A stretch of DNA of 64,000 nt from Clostridia bacterium (GTDB lineage Bacteria > Bacillota > Clostridia > Christensenellales > CAG-138), in the NCBI GenBank assembly GCA_017523925.1, contig JAFWVQ010000047.1, positions 7,482-71,481 on the forward strand, in the 5' to 3' direction. Under the pieces are notes generated by a model that was not told the origin of the DNA, ran no database searches, and saw only the letters and a program-made list of their open reading frames with translations. Position numbers and translations under genes: made by a program. Numbering within the stretch: position 1 is the first letter of the stretch; the number at the start of each line of letters is the position of its first letter. This document shows positions 47,155 to 57,484 of this stretch, in pieces.

Positions 47155-47217
47155 GAAGAAATTCCATCGGAATTTCCACCTCAACTATTCACTATTCATT
47201 ATTCACTATTCACTAAT
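47155..47217 (-). repeat. TAGTGAA-heptamer array element, copy F (inverted)
   Basis: 'gaaattccatcggaatttccacctcaactattcactattcattattcactattcacta'. Confidence 0.8.
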
Positions 47218-47275
47218 AACGCCCGCCTCCCGATCTCTCGGGCGGCGGGCAAACGAACTGTTGAGTTAAAATGGA

Positions 47276-49576
47276 TCAGTTCCCGCTTTCTGCCGGGAAG
47301 TTTGTGATAACGCCCATAGCATAGCGCTGGATGAGCAGGGAGTCGACCATGGTGACTTCGCCGTCGCCGTCCACGTCCGCCTGCGCGAGCTGCGCTTCAT
47401 CGAGCTCCGCAAGACCCATCACGTACCTAAGCGCCATCAGCGCGTCCGCAGTGTCCACATCGCCGTCCATGTCCACGTCGCCGATGAGCTCCGCTTCGGG
47501 CTCGGTCACGAAGAAGTCAACGGTGTTGAGCCAGCAGTAGCGGCTGTACTCCATCCAGCCCTTGCTGTCCACGAGACCTGCGTCGCCGTTGATGGTGATA
47601 ACGGTGTTATCCGAGAAAACGAAGCCCTCGTCGGGAACGATCTCAACGTACATATAGTAGGCCTTTTCCTCGCTGTCGAACACGTCGCCGCCGTCAAGAA
47701 CGCCGTCGTCATCCATCGTCCACCACTGCCACTCGGCGGTGCGGACGGAGTAATTCGCGCCCTCGGGAACGGTCAGCTCAACGGTGGCCGCCTCGCCCCA
47801 AGCGGGCTCGACGAAGCCCTCGAGCTCGATGCTGTCGATAACAACGGGCTCGTCAGAGGGGTCGCCCTCGCTGCCCCAAACCTCGAACTGATCCACGCAA
47901 AGGCGCATCTGATCGTAGCAGTTGAAGTGGCGGATCGCGATATAAACGGTCTCGTTCGCATAGTCCGAAAGGTCGGCGCTGTACTGAACGTAGCTCGAGG
48001 TGGCCACGGTCTCGGGGAGGATCTCGCTCATGTCATCGAGCTCGGCGCTCGTGCCGACGTAAAGCGCGAAATGCTCCTCGGGATAGCTCAGGGAGCTGCC
48101 CTTTGCATAGAAGGTCACGGAAAGATCGGTGTCAAGCAGCTCGATCGCGGGAGAGATCGCCCAGTTATCGGGATTGCGCGCAATGCCGTTCATATAGGAC
48201 GCGGAGAGGATCGCGCCATAGCCCTCGTAGGCATAGTAGGAGGAATCGTTCACCCAGAACCAGGTCAGGCCGTCGCCGTCGCTGTCCACGAACTGCCAGC
48301 CCTCCTGCTCGGGGTCGGTCTCGAAATAGTAGCCAACGATCTTATGATCGTCCTCCACCGGGGGCTCGGTCGGGTCCACAGGGGGCTCGGTCGGCTCCAC
48401 AGGAGGCTCGGTCGGGTCCACGGGAGCGGAAGCGGTACTGCCCCAAACCTCGAACTGATCCACGCAGAGCGCTTCCTCGCCGGGGGTGGTGTTGAAGTGG
48501 CGGATCGCGATGTAAACGGTCTCATTCGCAAAATCCGAAAGATCGGCGGTGTACTGAACATAGCTGCCGGTGGTCACGGTTTCGGGAAGGATCTCGGTCA
48601 TCTCGGCGGTATCGTCAGAGGTGCCGGCATACACCGCGAAATGCTCGCTGCAATAATCCACAAGATAGCCCTTCGCATAGAAGGTCACGGAAAGCTCGTT
48701 GTCGGGCAGCTCCACGGCGGGAGAGATAGCCCAGTTATCGGGATTGAGATTTCCCGTGGGGTAGGAGTAGGAATAGGAAGCGATTATGCCGGTGCCCTCA
48801 TAGGCAACGCCGAAGGTGTTCGACTTCCACTGCCAGGTCCTGCCGTCGCCATCCTGATCGGCAAACTGCCAGCCCTCGGCCACAGGATCGCTGCCCTCCT
48901 CGAAATAGGCGCCGTAGATAAGCTCGGGGCCTGCGGGGGGCTCGGTGGGGTCCACAGGGGGCTCGGAGGCTTCGTCCGCAAGGAACGATACGTCGTCGAT
49001 ATAAACGCGGAACTGATTGGAGCAGTTGTAATGACAGAACGCCGCCTTAACGGTGCGGCCGGCAAACTCCGAAAGATCGACGGTGCGCTCCTCAAACACC
49101 CTCATGGAATCGGGGGAGGTGAGGTCGTCGGTCACGGCGATGGGCTCCTCGGAATCATCCGCAAAAACGTAGATGCGATAGGTCTCAGGATAGTTGCCGC
49201 TGTAGCTCGCGATGCGGTAGCTCAGCGTCGCTTGCCCTTCGGGAAGCTCCACGGCGGGGGTCACGGCCCAGTTGTCGGGCGTGAGTGCGCCGGGGCCGCT
49301 GAAATATGAGAAGGAGCGCAGCGCATGGGTGCCGCTTGCAGCGATGGGCGCGCTGGCGGCGGTGTCCGCAGCGCAGCTCCAGGTGTAGCCGTCGCCGTCC
49401 TCATCGGTGAAGGTCCAGCCCTCGTCCTCGGGATCGGTCTCAAAGTCCCAGAACGCAATGGTCTCCGCGTCCCTTGCGGGAACGGCCGCGCCCGCGCTCG
49501 CTGCCATAGTCGCTGCGGGAACGATCGCAAGGATCATCGCCGCTGCAACAAGGAAACTGAGAAGCTTCTTGGTCAT
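47276..49576 (-). CDS. secreted protein with four cleaved-adhesin-like lectin domains, (PTEPPVD)n linkers, C-terminal dockerin (paralog 2)
   Basis: 'MTKKLLSFLVAAAMILAIVPAA' signal peptide, repeated 'DGDG..W...DNWA(V/I)(T/S)P...RHFN' modules, and C-terminal dockerin 'DVDMDGDVDTADALMALRYVMG...DVDGDGEVTMVDSLLIQRYAMG'. Confidence 0.75.
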   Translation of the reverse strand: MTKKLLSFLVAAAMILAIVPAATMAASAGAAVPARDAETIAFWDFETDPEDEGWTFTDEDGDGYTWSCAADTAASAPIAASGTHALRSFSYFSGPGALTPDNWAVTPAVELPEGQATLSYRIASYSGNYPETYRIYVFADDSEEPIAVTDDLTSPDSMRVFEERTVDLSEFAGRTVKAAFCHYNCSNQFRVYIDDVSFLADEASEPPVDPTEPPAGPELIYGAYFEEGSDPVAEGWQFADQDGDGRTWQWKSNTFGVAYEGTGIIASYSYSYPTGNLNPDNWAISPAVELPDNELSVTFYAKGYLVDYCSEHFAVYAGTSDDTAEMTEILPETVTTGSYVQYTADLSDFANETVYIAIRHFNTTPGEEALCVDQFEVWGSTASAPVDPTEPPVEPTEPPVDPTEPPVEDDHKIVGYYFETDPEQEGWQFVDSDGDGLTWFWVNDSSYYAYEGYGAILSASYMNGIARNPDNWAISPAIELLDTDLSVTFYAKGSSLSYPEEHFALYVGTSAELDDMSEILPETVATSSYVQYSADLSDYANETVYIAIRHFNCYDQMRLCVDQFEVWGSEGDPSDEPVVIDSIELEGFVEPAWGEAATVELTVPEGANYSVRTAEWQWWTMDDDGVLDGGDVFDSEEKAYYMYVEIVPDEGFVFSDNTVITINGDAGLVDSKGWMEYSRYCWLNTVDFFVTEPEAELIGDVDMDGDVDTADALMALRYVMGLAELDEAQLAQADVDGDGEVTMVDSLLIQRYAMGVITNFPAESGN

Positions 49577-49865
49577 GAATAGTTCCTCCTGATGTAATAC
49601 TGTGCCGCATTAGCATGCACTAACCGCAATTATATCAGAATAGCATATTAGGTTCAAGTGCGCGGATAGCATTTTTATTTATATATGAAGTAATATAGTG
49701 CCTGCGTTCGGGCGGCCTCCCCCGAAGGCGTCAGCACGATCGCGGCGCAGATAGCTGCGGCATGGATAACATGCTCGAAAACGATCCCTTCCGCTTCCTG
49801 CCGCCAAGGCTGCCCGCTCCAACTGCGGCATGGATTGCTGCGGCATAAATAATACAAAAATAAAG

Positions 49866-49926
49866 AAGAAATTCCCCCGGAATTTCCACCTCAACTATTC
49901 ACTATTCATTATTCACTATTCACTAA
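49866..49926 (-). repeat. TAGTGAA-heptamer array element, copy G (inverted)
   Basis: 'gaaattcccccggaatttccacctcaactattcactattcattattcactattcacta'. Confidence 0.8.
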
Positions 49927-49986
49927 AACACATCCCGCCGACCTGCGTGAGCAGGTCGGCGGGAAAAGCAAGCCATTGTTAATTCA

Positions 49987-52254
49987 TCATGCTTCCTCCG
50001 CGGGGAAGGACTCGACAAGGCCAAGCGCATGGCGGAGGATGAGGAGGGGATCCGCAACGGTGACATTGCCGTCGCCGGTGACCTCGGCCTGTGCAAGCTG
50101 ATCTTCGTTCAGCTCGATCAGACCCATCACGTACCTAAGCGCCATCAGCGCGTCTGCGGTGTCCACGTCGCCGTCCATATCCACGTCGCCAAGCACGCCG
50201 GTCGCGGGAAGCTCGCCCTCGGCGATCTCCACGTTATCAACTGCGAAGAAGTCGCCGTTCGGGTTGACGCTGCTGTCCTTATGATACTTCCAGGTGAGGG
50301 TGTGCTCGCCTGCGGTCATGGGCTCGGAGGTGAAGAGCTCCCAGTCATTCTGCTGAGCGCCCCAGTAGCCGACGCGCTGGCCGTCGATGGAGAATTCGCA
50401 GTAATCCCAGTAGGTGCTCGTGCCTTCGCCGAACGCCCTGTACTCGAACTTCACAACGTCGCCCGCGTTCGCGGTGATGGTGGTGGTGAGGATGGAGTCG
50501 CTGGAGCTTACGCCGGCGTTGCCGCTCTGAGCGTAGATCCTGTCGCCTTCCTCAACAACGAACCAGGGGTATGCGCCTTCTGATTCGAAGTGGAGCTCGC
50601 CGCCCTCTACGTTGAGCGCCTCGTCAAGGGAGGGCATGGGAGCGGGCTCAGTCACGTAGAAGCCGATGGTGTAGAAGGTTGCGCTGTCGGTCTCGATATA
50701 GATGAAGTTGCCGTCCGCAAGGGTCTGCTCACCGTTGATGGTGACTACCGCATTCTCGGCGAACTCATAGCCCTCGTTGGGAGTGACTACGAAGAGCATG
50801 GTGTATTCGTAATCCTCGTGATCGAAGGTATCGGTCTCGGTAAGCTCGCCGAAGTCCTCCTCGGACCACCAGTTCCAGATCGCGCTCTCAAGGGTGTAGT
50901 TCGCATCATTGGGAACGGTCACGCCGAAGAAGGGATTCTCGCCCCATGCGGGCTCAACGAAGCCCTCGATCGCGATGGCGTCGATGACCTGGGGATCGGT
51001 GGGAGGCTCGGTGGGATCCACGGGGGGCTGATCGCCGCCCTCGCCGAAGAACTCGACCTGGTCGAGCCAGATCTCGTACATATCGTAACAATGATCGTAG
51101 AACGCAACGTAGACGGTCTGTCCCGCATAGTCGGAAAGGTCGAACTCATAATGAGTCCAGTTGTCCTCGGCGCCGGTGCTCGGCGAGATGTTGCTCTGAA
51201 GCAGCGTCATCTCGGCGGTCTCGGCGGAGGTGCCGATGTAAACGTCGAAGGACTCGGGATAATCGGGGTTCGCCTGGGTAGAATAGAAGCTCAGGCTTGC
51301 CGCGCCCTCGGGAAGCTCAACGGCGGGAGTGATCGCCCAGTTATCGGCCTGGTATGCGCCAACGTAATCCACGAAGGAGTAGGACATGATGAAGCCGCTG
51401 CCCTCGTGCGCGTACGGAGTGTAGTCATAGCCGCTGGGGTTATTGTCGGAATGCACCCAGTTTGTGTCGGCCGTGCCGATGAGGGTCCAGTCCGCAAGCT
51501 CATCCTCGCTCTCGAAGTAGTAGCCCGCGATCAGGCTGCTCTCTGCGGGAGGCTCGGTGGGATCCACGGGAGGCTCGGTGGGATCCACGGGAGGCTCGGT
51601 GGGGTCTACGGGAGGCTCGGTGGGATCCACGGGAGGATTCTCCTCGGGATCGGCAACGATCGCGATATCGTCCACATAGAACATATACTGATCCACGCAG
51701 TTGTAGTGACGCACAGCGACCTGCACGCTCTGACCTGCGTACTCGGAGAGATCGGCGGTGAATTCAGCGAATTCCCTCGAGGTTGCGGGCGACTGCATAT
51801 CATCGCCGAGCGCAACGGGCTCCTCGGCGCCGTCCACAAACGCATAGAGAGCGAAGGTCTCGGGATAACTGCCCATGTAGCTTGCGGCCATCACGCTGAG
51901 AACGATGGTCTCGGCTTCGGGAAGCTCTACAGCGGGAGATACCGCCCAGTTGTCGGGGGTCAGCGCAGTGCCGAAGTAGGAGCGGGACCTGATGGAGTAT
52001 TCACCGCTGGTTGCGATGGGTACGTCGGCATAGGTCTCGTTGACCCACTGCCAGTTGTTGTTGTCGCCGTCTTCATCACGGAATTCCCAGCCGTTCTCGA
52101 GGGGATCGACTTCAAGATCCCAGAGAGCGACCTGAGTTTGCTCCTTGACTGCGGGGGCCGCCGCTCTTTCTGCGTTTGCAGCAAGAGCCGAAGCGGGAAT
52201 GAGGCTGAGCAGCATCATCGCCGCAACGACGATAGCGATAAGCTTCTTGGTCAT
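49987..52254 (-). CDS. secreted protein with three cleaved-adhesin-like lectin domains, an extra beta-sandwich domain and C-terminal dockerin (paralog 3)
   Basis: True start MTKKLIAIVV (M25), with GGAGG upstream. Same architecture as paralogs 1 and 2. Dockerin 'DVDMDGDVDTADALMALRYVMG...EVTGDGNVTVADPLLILRHALG'. Confidence 0.75.
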   Translation of the reverse strand: MTKKLIAIVVAAMMLLSLIPASALAANAERAAAPAVKEQTQVALWDLEVDPLENGWEFRDEDGDNNNWQWVNETYADVPIATSGEYSIRSRSYFGTALTPDNWAVSPAVELPEAETIVLSVMAASYMGSYPETFALYAFVDGAEEPVALGDDMQSPATSREFAEFTADLSEYAGQSVQVAVRHYNCVDQYMFYVDDIAIVADPEENPPVDPTEPPVDPTEPPVDPTEPPVDPTEPPAESSLIAGYYFESEDELADWTLIGTADTNWVHSDNNPSGYDYTPYAHEGSGFIMSYSFVDYVGAYQADNWAITPAVELPEGAASLSFYSTQANPDYPESFDVYIGTSAETAEMTLLQSNISPSTGAEDNWTHYEFDLSDYAGQTVYVAFYDHCYDMYEIWLDQVEFFGEGGDQPPVDPTEPPTDPQVIDAIAIEGFVEPAWGENPFFGVTVPNDANYTLESAIWNWWSEEDFGELTETDTFDHEDYEYTMLFVVTPNEGYEFAENAVVTINGEQTLADGNFIYIETDSATFYTIGFYVTEPAPMPSLDEALNVEGGELHFESEGAYPWFVVEEGDRIYAQSGNAGVSSSDSILTTTITANAGDVVKFEYRAFGEGTSTYWDYCEFSIDGQRVGYWGAQQNDWELFTSEPMTAGEHTLTWKYHKDSSVNPNGDFFAVDNVEIAEGELPATGVLGDVDMDGDVDTADALMALRYVMGLIELNEDQLAQAEVTGDGNVTVADPLLILRHALGLVESFPAEEA

Positions 52255-52666
52255 GTTTCTTCCTCCAAAAATAGTTTTTCTTGCGGCGCGGCGCAAGTTT
52301 GAGAATTCGAAACACTGCGCATGCACTCCGCCGCATGTATATTATACCATACCGAGCCGGTTCTTTCAATGCGTTGAAGGGGGAATGGATGAAATTTTGA
52401 AAAAAACGGGTTCGCGCCGGGAAACGGCGGCCGGGGAACGGGGCAGAGGAACGGGGAGGGGGAATGCCGCGCGGAAGGCGAGCGAAGCAAGAGCGGAAGT
52501 GCGGCGCGGGCGCAGCAAGCCGGCGCGGCGCAGGCGAGGTATCCGTTAAAAACCGATCAAAATCAACAAGCGCCCCGAAGGGCGTGTCCGCATAAGGAGA
52601 TATAGGTTTTCAGCAGAATATAACACTTTTCCAATACAAACGCTCCGGGAATACCGTTCGCATTGA

Positions 52667-52706
52667 GGAAGCGCCCCGAAGGTTTCCTTTTCCTTCGGGG
52701 CGCTTC
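52667..52706. terminator. perfect hairpin terminator downstream of pepF
   Basis: 'gaagcgccccgaaggtttccttttccttcggggcgcttc'. Confidence 0.65.
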
Positions 52707-52738
52707 ATTCAGCTTCAGTTTAATTTTGCAAGCGCTGC

Positions 52739-54508
52739 TTATGCATAAAGCTTGTTCACAAGCCGCTCGAACTCATCCACGTTCTTCTTGTAGGATTCAA
52801 GGCTCTTTGCCCAGAACTCCTTCTTGGTGAGGTCGATGCCCGCGACCTTCGCCGCATCCTCGACCGATGCAACGGGCGTGGTGTGCAGCAGATTTTTATA
52901 CATGGGCACGAAGCTCTCGCCCTGCTCCTCGTAGATCGCGTAGAGGCCCCTTGCAAACAGGCCGCCGAAAGCGTAGGGGTAGTTGTAGAAGGAGCGGGTG
53001 CTGTAATAATGACCCTTGCAGAGCCACATATAGGGGTGCAGCGCCTCGTGATCGAGTCCGTCGCCGTAGGCCTTCTTCTGCGCGTCGAGCATCAGCTCGC
53101 ACATGCGCGAAGCATCCATGAATTCGTTTTCGCGGTTTTCAAAAACGCTCGTTTCGAACAGATACCTCGAATAGATATCGCAGATGATCTGGGTAACGTC
53201 CATAAGCTGGCTCTCGATCAGCGCAAGCTTCTCCTCATCGGAGGAGGCGTTCGCGATCGCCGCATTCATGATAACGTTTTCGTTGAAGGTGGATGCGGTC
53301 TCCGCAACGGGCATGGAGTAGTTGTTGTTCAGCGGGCGGTGATCCTCGATGTTGAGGTTATGGTAGGCGTGGCCGAGCTCGTGCGCAAGGGTGACGATAT
53401 CGGAGAACGAGCCGTCGAAATTGGTCAGAATGCGGCTCTGCTGATGCCCCTCAAGGCCCGAGCAGAACGCGCCGCCGCGCTTGCCGTCGTGGGGATAGAA
53501 ATCGATCCAGTTCTCCGCAAACGCGCGCGCGACCATGTCGTGCAGGTCCTTATCGAAGGTCTTGAAGATATTGAGCAGGTAATCGCGCGCCTCCTCAACG
53601 GTGTATTTCTTATCAATGCCGCCCATCGGAGCAAACATATCGTACCACGGCATGCCGTTCTTATGACCGAGCGCCTTTGCCTTGATCTTGAGATAGCGGC
53701 GGAAGAGGTCGAAATGATCGCTCATCGCGCCGAGCAGCGCGTCCAGCGTTTCGCGCTTCATATGCGCGCCGAAGAGATTCTGCGCAAGCGGGGATTCGAA
53801 GCCGCGCAGACGGGCGTTGTTGATGACCTCAAGCTTGATGCTGTTCAGCGAAAATGCGATCGGATCCTTGATCTTCTCATAGCAGGCGAGCTCCGCTTCA
53901 TAGGCGTCCTTGCGCACTGCGGGATCGGGATCGTAGGCAAGATTGCGAACGGAGGAAAGGTTGATGGCTTCGCCGCGGTAATCGGCGGTGACGGAGGAGG
54001 TCAAAAAGCCGTGCAGATCGCCCCAAGCCCTCGAGCCGCTGATGCCGTAGAGCGCCATGATCTGCTCGCAGTCCTCGCTGAGTATATGCGCGTTGTTCTC
54101 GCGGATGAGCTTGAGCATGTATTCATACTCCTTGAGGATGGGGTCGCTCTCGATCAGCGCGTCCAGGTCCTCCATAGCCGCGATGTACTTCTTCACCGCG
54201 GTCTCCGCCTTGGCGGTGGCGCTGAGCTTGCCCATGAGCCTGCCGAGCGCGGAGTTCGCTTCGGTATCCCTCGCATTGGTGCTCGAACGGAGCCCCGAGA
54301 AGCTGAAGAGATCGGAAGCGAGCTGGTTCAGCTCCTCCGAAATGCGCACGTAGGCAAGCAGAGTGTCCTTATTGCTCATGCTGCCGAGGTTCGCGGCAAG
54401 ATCGTTCAGATCGGCGATCTTTCCATCCACCGCCTTCATGTCGGCTTCAAACTTCGGGTCGTCAAAGCCCTTGTAGAGCACGTCCAGTGACCATTCGTAG
54501 TTGTTCAT
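52739..54508 (-). CDS. pepF: M3B oligoendopeptidase F
   Basis: 589 aa with the zinc motif 'HELGHAYH'. Confidence 0.85.
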   Translation of the reverse strand: MNNYEWSLDVLYKGFDDPKFEADMKAVDGKIADLNDLAANLGSMSNKDTLLAYVRISEELNQLASDLFSFSGLRSSTNARDTEANSALGRLMGKLSATAKAETAVKKYIAAMEDLDALIESDPILKEYEYMLKLIRENNAHILSEDCEQIMALYGISGSRAWGDLHGFLTSSVTADYRGEAINLSSVRNLAYDPDPAVRKDAYEAELACYEKIKDPIAFSLNSIKLEVINNARLRGFESPLAQNLFGAHMKRETLDALLGAMSDHFDLFRRYLKIKAKALGHKNGMPWYDMFAPMGGIDKKYTVEEARDYLLNIFKTFDKDLHDMVARAFAENWIDFYPHDGKRGGAFCSGLEGHQQSRILTNFDGSFSDIVTLAHELGHAYHNLNIEDHRPLNNNYSMPVAETASTFNENVIMNAAIANASSDEEKLALIESQLMDVTQIICDIYSRYLFETSVFENRENEFMDASRMCELMLDAQKKAYGDGLDHEALHPYMWLCKGHYYSTRSFYNYPYAFGGLFARGLYAIYEEQGESFVPMYKNLLHTTPVASVEDAAKVAGIDLTKKEFWAKSLESYKKNVDEFERLVNKLYA

Positions 54509-54547
54509 TTTGTTCTCCTTATTCTTGGGTTTTTTCCCATTATTAAC

Positions 54548-55918
54548 TTATTCTTCGCACGCAAGCGCGATGATGGCGTCCGCGATCATATGCGTGTCGA
54601 ACATGGCCTCATCTATGCCGAGATACTCGTTCGGCATATGGATGGGGCCGGAGATGCCGGGCTTTTCGCAGCCGAATGCGACCGCGTTCGGGAATGCGCG
54701 GGCGTAGGTGCCGCCGCCGATGGCAAGGGGCGCCTCATACTTGCCGGTGCGCGCCTCATACACCTTGAGAAGCTTACTTACCAGCTCGCTGTCCTCGGGG
54801 ATAAAGTGGCCGTCCTGCTGCTTTTCGTGGATAAGCTCGGGCTTAAGCCCCGCCAGCGCCTTTTCGATGCCCTCGCGCACCTCGGCAAACGCCATGGAGG
54901 TGGGGTGGCGAACGTCTATCGCAAGCTCGAAGCCCTCCTCATTCCATGCGATAACGCCGGGGTTGAGGGTCAGCCTGCCGCTCGAATCGGTGCGGTCGAT
55001 GCCGATGCTCTCGCCGTGCATATCGAATTTGAATGCGTTATGAAGAATTTCGGCAACGCGCTTATCCTCGCCCTCGAGCGGAAGCGAAGCAAGGATCGCA
55101 AACGCCGCCTGCATCGCGTTTTTGCCGTGCTCGGGCATGGAGCCGTGCGCATCCTGACCGACGATAAGCAGTTTCGTGCCGCCGCTAACTTCCTTGATCT
55201 CAACACTCATTCCGCGCTCGGCGGCGATATGGAGCTGCTTTTCAACTTCCTTTACGGGAAGGGGCGCGAAAACCTCCGCCTTGCCGCAAACCACGTTTGC
55301 GCGGGTACCGCCGTTCACGCGGATATTCGTTTTAACGGCGCATTTGAAGGTGGGGTGATAGATGCCCTTTTCGGAATTCACGAGCGGGTAATCCGCATCG
55401 GGCGAGAAGGTAAGAGTCGGTATCTCGGCAACCTTTTTATAGTGGTTCATGCAGCCCCAGCCGGTCTCCTCGTTCGTTCCGAGGATTATGCGGACTCTGC
55501 GGCGCATCGGAAGTCCCGCTTCCTTTATTGCCTTAAGCGCATACATTGCGCAGATCGCGGGGCCCTTATCGTCCATCGCTCCCCTGCCGTAAATTTTGCC
55601 GTCGTGAATTTCGGCGGCATAGGGCGGATACAGCCAGCCCTCGCCCTCGGGAACTACGTCCAGATGGCAAACGATACCGAGCATCTCCTCGCCCTCGCCG
55701 TAGTCTATGCAGCCCGCGTAGCCGTCGAGATTGGTAACCAAAAAGCCCATCTCCCTGCCGAGGTTCAGGGCATGAAGAAGAGCATCGTTCACCGCCTCGC
55801 CGAAGGGTGCTCCCGCCTTGGGCTCTCCCTCAACGCTGGGGAAACGGATGCTCTCTTGGATCGAATTGATAAGCGCGTCCTTGCTGCTTTCGATGATCGC
55901 GTCAACTTTTTTGTTCAT
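54548..55918 (-). CDS. pepV: M20-family dipeptidase PepV-like
   Basis: 456 aa, 'HLDVVPEG' and 'GRGAMDDKG' M20 motifs. An extended -10 'TGCTATAAT' lies upstream. Confidence 0.8.
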   Translation of the reverse strand: MNKKVDAIIESSKDALINSIQESIRFPSVEGEPKAGAPFGEAVNDALLHALNLGREMGFLVTNLDGYAGCIDYGEGEEMLGIVCHLDVVPEGEGWLYPPYAAEIHDGKIYGRGAMDDKGPAICAMYALKAIKEAGLPMRRRVRIILGTNEETGWGCMNHYKKVAEIPTLTFSPDADYPLVNSEKGIYHPTFKCAVKTNIRVNGGTRANVVCGKAEVFAPLPVKEVEKQLHIAAERGMSVEIKEVSGGTKLLIVGQDAHGSMPEHGKNAMQAAFAILASLPLEGEDKRVAEILHNAFKFDMHGESIGIDRTDSSGRLTLNPGVIAWNEEGFELAIDVRHPTSMAFAEVREGIEKALAGLKPELIHEKQQDGHFIPEDSELVSKLLKVYEARTGKYEAPLAIGGGTYARAFPNAVAFGCEKPGISGPIHMPNEYLGIDEAMFDTHMIADAIIALACEE

Positions 55919-56074
55919 TTACTGCTCCTTTGAGGGCGGCAGGCGGGCTTTGCGTTTTCATATCATCAAACGCCCCGCATTTGGCCCGATTTTATCATAT
56001 ATGTATTATAGCATTCTAAAATAGGAAAAACAAGGCATATCGGCAAAGGGGGAATGAAAAAAGCGCATGAAAAA

Positions 56075-56105
56075 GCGGCGGGGGCTCCGCCGCTGTGGTT
56101 GAGAC
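56075..56105 (-). terminator. terminator of the radical-SAM gene
   Basis: The minus strand reads 'gcggcggagcccccgccgcttttt'. Confidence 0.6.
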
Positions 56106-56117
56106 GATATAAGCCAA

Positions 56118-57368
56118 CTACCTGTCGGCTTTGCCGTGCTTGGCGATCCATTCCTCGGTAAGCTCCGTCTGCCTGCTTCGCCTCGCCTCGATGAAGGCCG
56201 CGCCCTCCTTCGGCAGAAGGAATTTCGGAACGTTGTGGTTGGCCGAGCACCCGCAGCGCTCAACGCCGCACTTGATGCCACGGATCATATCCCGCACGAG
56301 GAAGGGGTCGTATTTGTAGAGATTTGCCGGGGTCTTGTTCCAGCCGCAAACGAGACCGCGGCAGGCGCCGTTTGCAAAAACGTCCAGGACGTTCACTCCG
56401 GCGCAGCAGATCATGTTTTTGAAAACGTAGGAATCCGTCAGATCGCGCAGCTGCGCCTTGCTTACGTCATCGCGGTATTCGATACTTCCGCCGACGTTTC
56501 GTTCAAGATAATAGCGCGCATTGGTATTTCTTTGAACGTTCGAGCGAGCGCCGCTCCGCTGCACGCCGTCCCTTGCCGCCTGCATAAAGCGCCGGAAAGC
56601 CTCCTTGGCGTAGGCATAGTGCTCGTCCGTGTATCGGTCGTCGTCATGCACGTAATCCGGCGGGCGGCGCAGTATCCCGATATCCATCGAAAACGCGTAT
56701 TCGCTTCTCAGCGCGATAAGCGCGTCCACTATGCTCTTTACCTTGTCAAACAAGTCCGGCTGGAGCATGATCTTGAATTGGAGCCGAACTGAGCCCGAAA
56801 GCTTCTGCACCAGCATGGTCACGTGCTTGACCGTGGTGTACTCAACGTGTACCGATACGCAGAAGTGGATATCCAAAAAGCGCCCGATATTCGCAAGCGC
56901 GCTCATCTTTTGGCTGCTTATGGAGCCGTTTGTGATGATGCGGACGTATTCAAGCCGCTTTCCCAAGCCCGAATACAGCGTCAGTATGGTTTCGAGCAGC
57001 TGCGGATGCGCCGTCGGTTCGCCGCCGAGCAGGATCACCCTGTAATGCTGCCTGTTTGCTGCGGAAAGGTTTTTGACCGCATTTTCGATCAGGTCCATGC
57101 TTGGCATCAGGCTTTTGGTAATATCGTTTTCACAGGGAGCGAAGCAATATGAACATTTGAAATTGCAGTAATTCGTGATCCGCCAATGCACGTACAGCGT
57201 GCTTTCGCTTTCAAGATCGACCGTCCCGCCCTGGCGGATCAGCTTTTGACCCGCTTCCTCGGAAAAACGGATCAGCTCATCCTCCGAAAGCCGCCCGTAT
57301 GCATCGCATCCGTCCGCGCAGCAGGCGAGGTCTGCGTTATCCGTCCGCTCTTCTCTTTCGCCGCTCAT
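56118..57368 (-). CDS. radical SAM / SPASM-domain protein, orphan (no precursor peptide gene detected)
   Basis: Start at M37 (MSGEREE), with GGAGG 7 nt upstream. 'CNFKCSYCF' CxxxCxxC cluster. C-terminal Cys-rich SPASM/twitch-like 'CCAGVNVLDVFANGACRGLVCGW...CGVERCGCSANHN'. Cys-rich N-terminal extension 'ADLACCADGCDAYG'. Confidence 0.7.
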   Translation of the reverse strand: MSGEREERTDNADLACCADGCDAYGRLSEDELIRFSEEAGQKLIRQGGTVDLESESTLYVHWRITNYCNFKCSYCFAPCENDITKSLMPSMDLIENAVKNLSAANRQHYRVILLGGEPTAHPQLLETILTLYSGLGKRLEYVRIITNGSISSQKMSALANIGRFLDIHFCVSVHVEYTTVKHVTMLVQKLSGSVRLQFKIMLQPDLFDKVKSIVDALIALRSEYAFSMDIGILRRPPDYVHDDDRYTDEHYAYAKEAFRRFMQAARDGVQRSGARSNVQRNTNARYYLERNVGGSIEYRDDVSKAQLRDLTDSYVFKNMICCAGVNVLDVFANGACRGLVCGWNKTPANLYKYDPFLVRDMIRGIKCGVERCGCSANHNVPKFLLPKEGAAFIEARRSRQTELTEEWIAKHGKADR

Positions 57369-57484
57369 TTTACATCCTCCGCTCATGCGCTTTGCGCAGT
57401 TTTTCTTCAAGAAAACCAAGGGATATACGCCGTGCTGATTCATGTCGAAATGCAGCGCGGCAGCTCCCTTTTTCATTATGCTGC

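Noticed and set aside
57369-57476. Longer start (MKKGAAAL...) for the radical SAM gene, and a search for a precursor peptide in its 5' UTR
   Set aside because: That ATG overlaps the -10 hexamer itself. The only in-frame readable peptide is the ORF's own extension. No separate small ORF with SD was found.
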